DNA of 64,000 nucleotides from Basidiobolus meristosporus CBS 931.73 (Eukaryota; Fungi; Basidiobolomycota): NCBI GenBank assembly GCA_002104905.1, contig MCFE01000402.1, positions 1 to 64,000 of the forward strand, read 5' to 3'. Shown piece by piece: positions 60,569 to 64,000 of this stretch (position 1 is its first letter; each line of letters starts with the position of its first letter). The notes under the pieces were generated by a model. It saw only the letters and a program-made list of their open reading frames with translations, ran no database searches and was not told where the DNA came from. The position numbers and the translations under genes were made by a program.

Positions 60569-61138
60569 TCTGTTCGACTTTGGTGAGCAGCTTTTCACGG
60601 AGGATTGTCAGAATTATATGAGGTGCTGCTCATGAGAGAGAGAGCTATTTTTAGGATTGTGCAAAATCGAGTATTCTAATAAATTCATATTTTAGTCATA
60701 TTGCTTGGATGACATGACATTTTCTCGGCTTATCACATGTTCTTCAGCTTTTCCTAGCCCAGAACGTCAGTAAGGTTCAGCCAAACATCAGATTGGTGAA
60801 TTCTGAGCAGAAACACCAGGAATTGTATTGGTTCAGCATTCTATAAAGTACACATATAGTTAAGGCCGCAAACCGGTCGAAGGATAGAGTTGGTTTCTAT
60901 ATAGATGGTTCCTGTACAGATGTTCACAGCCATGACTGCTTCCAACTTATTGGTTACTGTCGTCATTAGCACATGGCTGCGATTAAGGGATTATCTCGGA
61001 AATGATCACTTGAAAATTGTTACCCAGCGTCACCCCTCCTTTTGCATATACCCCCGCCGTCTTTTTATATTTTGTAGCTTGATAGGGAAGCTTCTCATCT
61101 TGTTCGTTCAGTGCCACACTTAGTAGTCCTTGTTAAAA

Positions 61139-62013
61139 ATGAATCCTGAATAGTAAGTATTCTACTCTCCTGTGTTGCCGCAATATGATCCCGGAAGCTT
61201 ATTGTTTATGTGGATTGTTTCCATAGCGATTATCTGTTTAAGCTCTTACTTATTGGCGACTCTGGTGTTGGTAAATCCTGCCTTTTGCTTCGTTTTGCGG
61301 ATGACACCTATACAGAGAGCTACATCAGCACTATTGGTGTAGACTTCGTAAGTATTTCTTTCGCACACCCCTTACCTCACTATCGCCAGCAATATTGACC
61401 CCTTGACTATAGAAAATCCGCACAATCGAACTGGAGGGCAAAACTATCAAACTTCAGATCGTAAGTGAGGCTTCTCAGTAGCTCAGTGGATACCAAGGCT
61501 AATACGGCGTCTTATCATTTAGTGGGACACTGCTGGACAAGAGCGTTTCCGCACAATCACCTCTTCCTACTATCGTGGAGCACATGGAATCATCGTTGTT
61601 TACGACGTTACCGATCAGGATACCTTCAGCAATGTAAAGCAATGGCTACAGGAAATCGATCGCTACGCCTCAGAAGGAGTCAACAAGCTCCTTGTTGGCA
61701 ACAAGAGCGACTTGACTTCCAAGAAGGTGGTTGATTACACAGCCGCTGAGGTGAGTCGTTTAGCGTTAGACGCCACTATGCCCGTACTCTAACCAAACGG
61801 TCTTGACATCAGGAATTCGCCAACACAACCAACATCCCATTCTTGGAGACCTCCGCCAAGGACTCCACCAACGTCGAGCAAGCTTTCTTGACCATGGCCA
61901 AGCAGATCAAGGATCGTATGGGTACCAACACTATGGCCCCAGCTAATAAGCAGAACATCAAGATCAGCCAAGGCAGTTCAGTTCCTGCACAATCCAGCGG
62001 TGGTTGTTGCTAA
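61139..62013 (+). CDS. YPT1: Rab1/Ypt1 GTPase; 5 exons
   Basis: [77 protein letters not shown], ending GGCC. Confidence 0.96.
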
Positions 62014-62896
62014 TTTAGTGTATGTCTACCAATCCCCTTCCAATCACGTATCTCTTGTAAATCCTGAAACCGAACATCTCCAACTTAATTTGTCACCCAA
62101 GTGTCGAAGTTTAACAGTGATTTATTTGCATCCTTTTGGACAAGTGCCACCCCAATTCCCTCTTGGAAACCAAACAAATGATAAAGTTAGTTGAACGTTG
62201 TGTTCATGGCGTTTACCTGGTTGTTGATATGTTCTATGGATTTGGGTGACGTAACCCTGATATGTTGCAATGGATGATGATGACTCCGTGTGATAATATC
62301 GGAATCCAAGAAATGCGCCAACGTCGGTCGAATCGGACGAACGCACATGCTGGATGTGAAGTGAATATCTCCTCGTTTTGCCCTAATTTATGCCAGATTT
62401 TTCCAGTCACAAGAGATCAACAATTTGCATAGACTCAATCACTTATACATTGAGATATCTCCCTCATCTCTGTTTAGTTGACTATTTTCCGACCTGGAAG
62501 ATAATTCTTGCTTTCTGTCCCTTCCCACCACAGATCCTTGCTACACATTGTTTCTCATCAAAGAGGTATGTTTATGGACTTTCTTGTAGCTTTGAGCGAT
62601 AGGTGCAAACAAAGCCCCTGTTTTGTGGGTGAAGTGATCAGCTGGGTTCTAGATCTCGTGAATACCTGTTTGTGTTGCCATTCTCCATTTGTGTCTCAAC
62701 CACCGTTCTGTTAGGAATCCAAAGGAGGGCCGTTCTACGTTAACCACATTCACTTGAATCCAAGGACATTGACTTCAAAAAGGTTCCAACAGGTCTGTAA
62801 TTCCATTTCTTCTTCACCCGGCAGGATTTCAATAGTAACCGTGACCCACTCTTGGACAGGACACCTATTATTTACACTAACGTATACATCGATTGA

Positions 62897-64000
62897 TTGA
62901 CGTACCTTTTGAAAGTACGTCAACAACTGTATTTCGATTTTACACTGGACTCGTGGCTTGAAGAGAGCAGCAGGAGGTCCCACGGCAGTAATACTCAAGG
63001 TAATCCGGATACTTCAGAACCAAACGAGGTTGCTTCCACACCTCCTGAGAATCCCAATCCTGTTGAAGAAACAACAACCAGTGTAGAGGCGAATACGACG
63101 AATCGGACCACAAATCTGCTTTCCATCCAACCGTTTACTGAGGAAAGCGTCAATATTTCGAGCCCCGAAAGCAATCCCCCACTTTCACCATTGCCACCCC
63201 GCAAACGCATTAAATTACCAAACACCATTCTCAAAGACTCACAAACGGGGATGAGAACCAAACAGACCGGTATGAATGGATTAAACGGACATTCCAATAA
63301 TATTAGAAATCATGATAATAGTAATAATAGCGAGACTACAGAGGAGGGTAAATACAAAAGAGAGGAGATCGTGAGAATAGCTATCCAGGCACTTCAAGAT
63401 TTAGGATACGGGTCAGTCTCCCTTCCGTTAATTGTACAATTCCCAACTGTGCACCTTGACTAAACATGCTTCTTCTTGACAGTCGAACTGCCCAGCTGCT
63501 AGAAGAGGAGTCAGGATTTAATCTAGAAAACCCTCAGGTCACTCAGTTCCGTAAAGGTGTGATGGATGGGGATTGGGCAATGGTGGAAAGTTTGATACCG
63601 GTGCTGGAACTCGATCAGAAGAAGGACGTGCAGAAGGTCCAGTTTTTAGTAAAGCAACAGAAATTCCTGGAGTTGCTGGAAGCCAGAGATGTTGCGCAGG
63701 CTTTATCGGTTTTGAGGAACGAATTGGCACCGTTAAGCTACGATACTGCGAGACTGCACAAGCTATCAAGCTTCTTGATGTGCGCAGATGCAAACGATCT
63801 AAGAAAGCAATCCTTGTGGTCTGGTGCTAATCGAGAGTCTAGAGAGCTGTTGCTCGTCCAATTACAAAGTTAGTGGGCTGTTTGTAGATTCAGATATCGA
63901 TATGGGATCGGGATTTATTGAACTTTACTTTGCCTTTACCACAGACTATATCTCGTCGTCAGTGATGATCCCAAGCCATCGACTAAGGTCATTGTTTGAT
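62897..64000 (+). CDS. GID7: WDR26/Gid7-like LisH-CTLH(-WD40) subunit; runs off the window, 5' end unresolved
   Basis: LisH EIVRIAIQALQDLGY, LEEESGFNLE, CTLH FRKGVMDGDW...FLVKQQKFLELLE...ALSVLRNELAPL, then MIPSHRL. Confidence 0.8.

Overview
Eukaryotic, intron-rich DNA that reads as an early-diverging fungus. Basidiobolus or another Zoopagomycota is only a guess from gene style. Both ends hold ordinary genes: a BVMO-type flavin monooxygenase, an orphan secreted protein, ZIP3/RNF212, NEO1, SGT2, NDC1, SFC1, a UBP3-like protease and YDJ1 on the left; SEC59, YPT1 and a partial WDR26/GID7 on the right. A small tRNA island at 5.7-9.7 kb has three tRNA genes, three solo LTRs with 4-bp target-site duplications sitting 10-11 nt upstream of the two tRNA-Arg genes, and a decayed Ty3/gypsy gag. 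The main feature is a ~27-kb head-to-tail array (30.9-58.0 kb) of 22 intronless paralogues, 14 intact and 8 with lesions. They encode secreted precursors: a 19-aa signal peptide, a pro-region, an acidic Asp/Glu spacer ending in a PEEAEL-type motif, then a C-terminal peptide made almost entirely of Gly/Arg/Trp, (GRGRW)n, ending in RW-stop. One divergent copy uses Arg/Phe/Tyr instead. I do not recognise this as a characterised family. It looks like an amplified system for secreting cationic aromatic peptides, either antimicrobial/toxic or adhesive. All homology calls are by-eye motif recognition; no searches were run.
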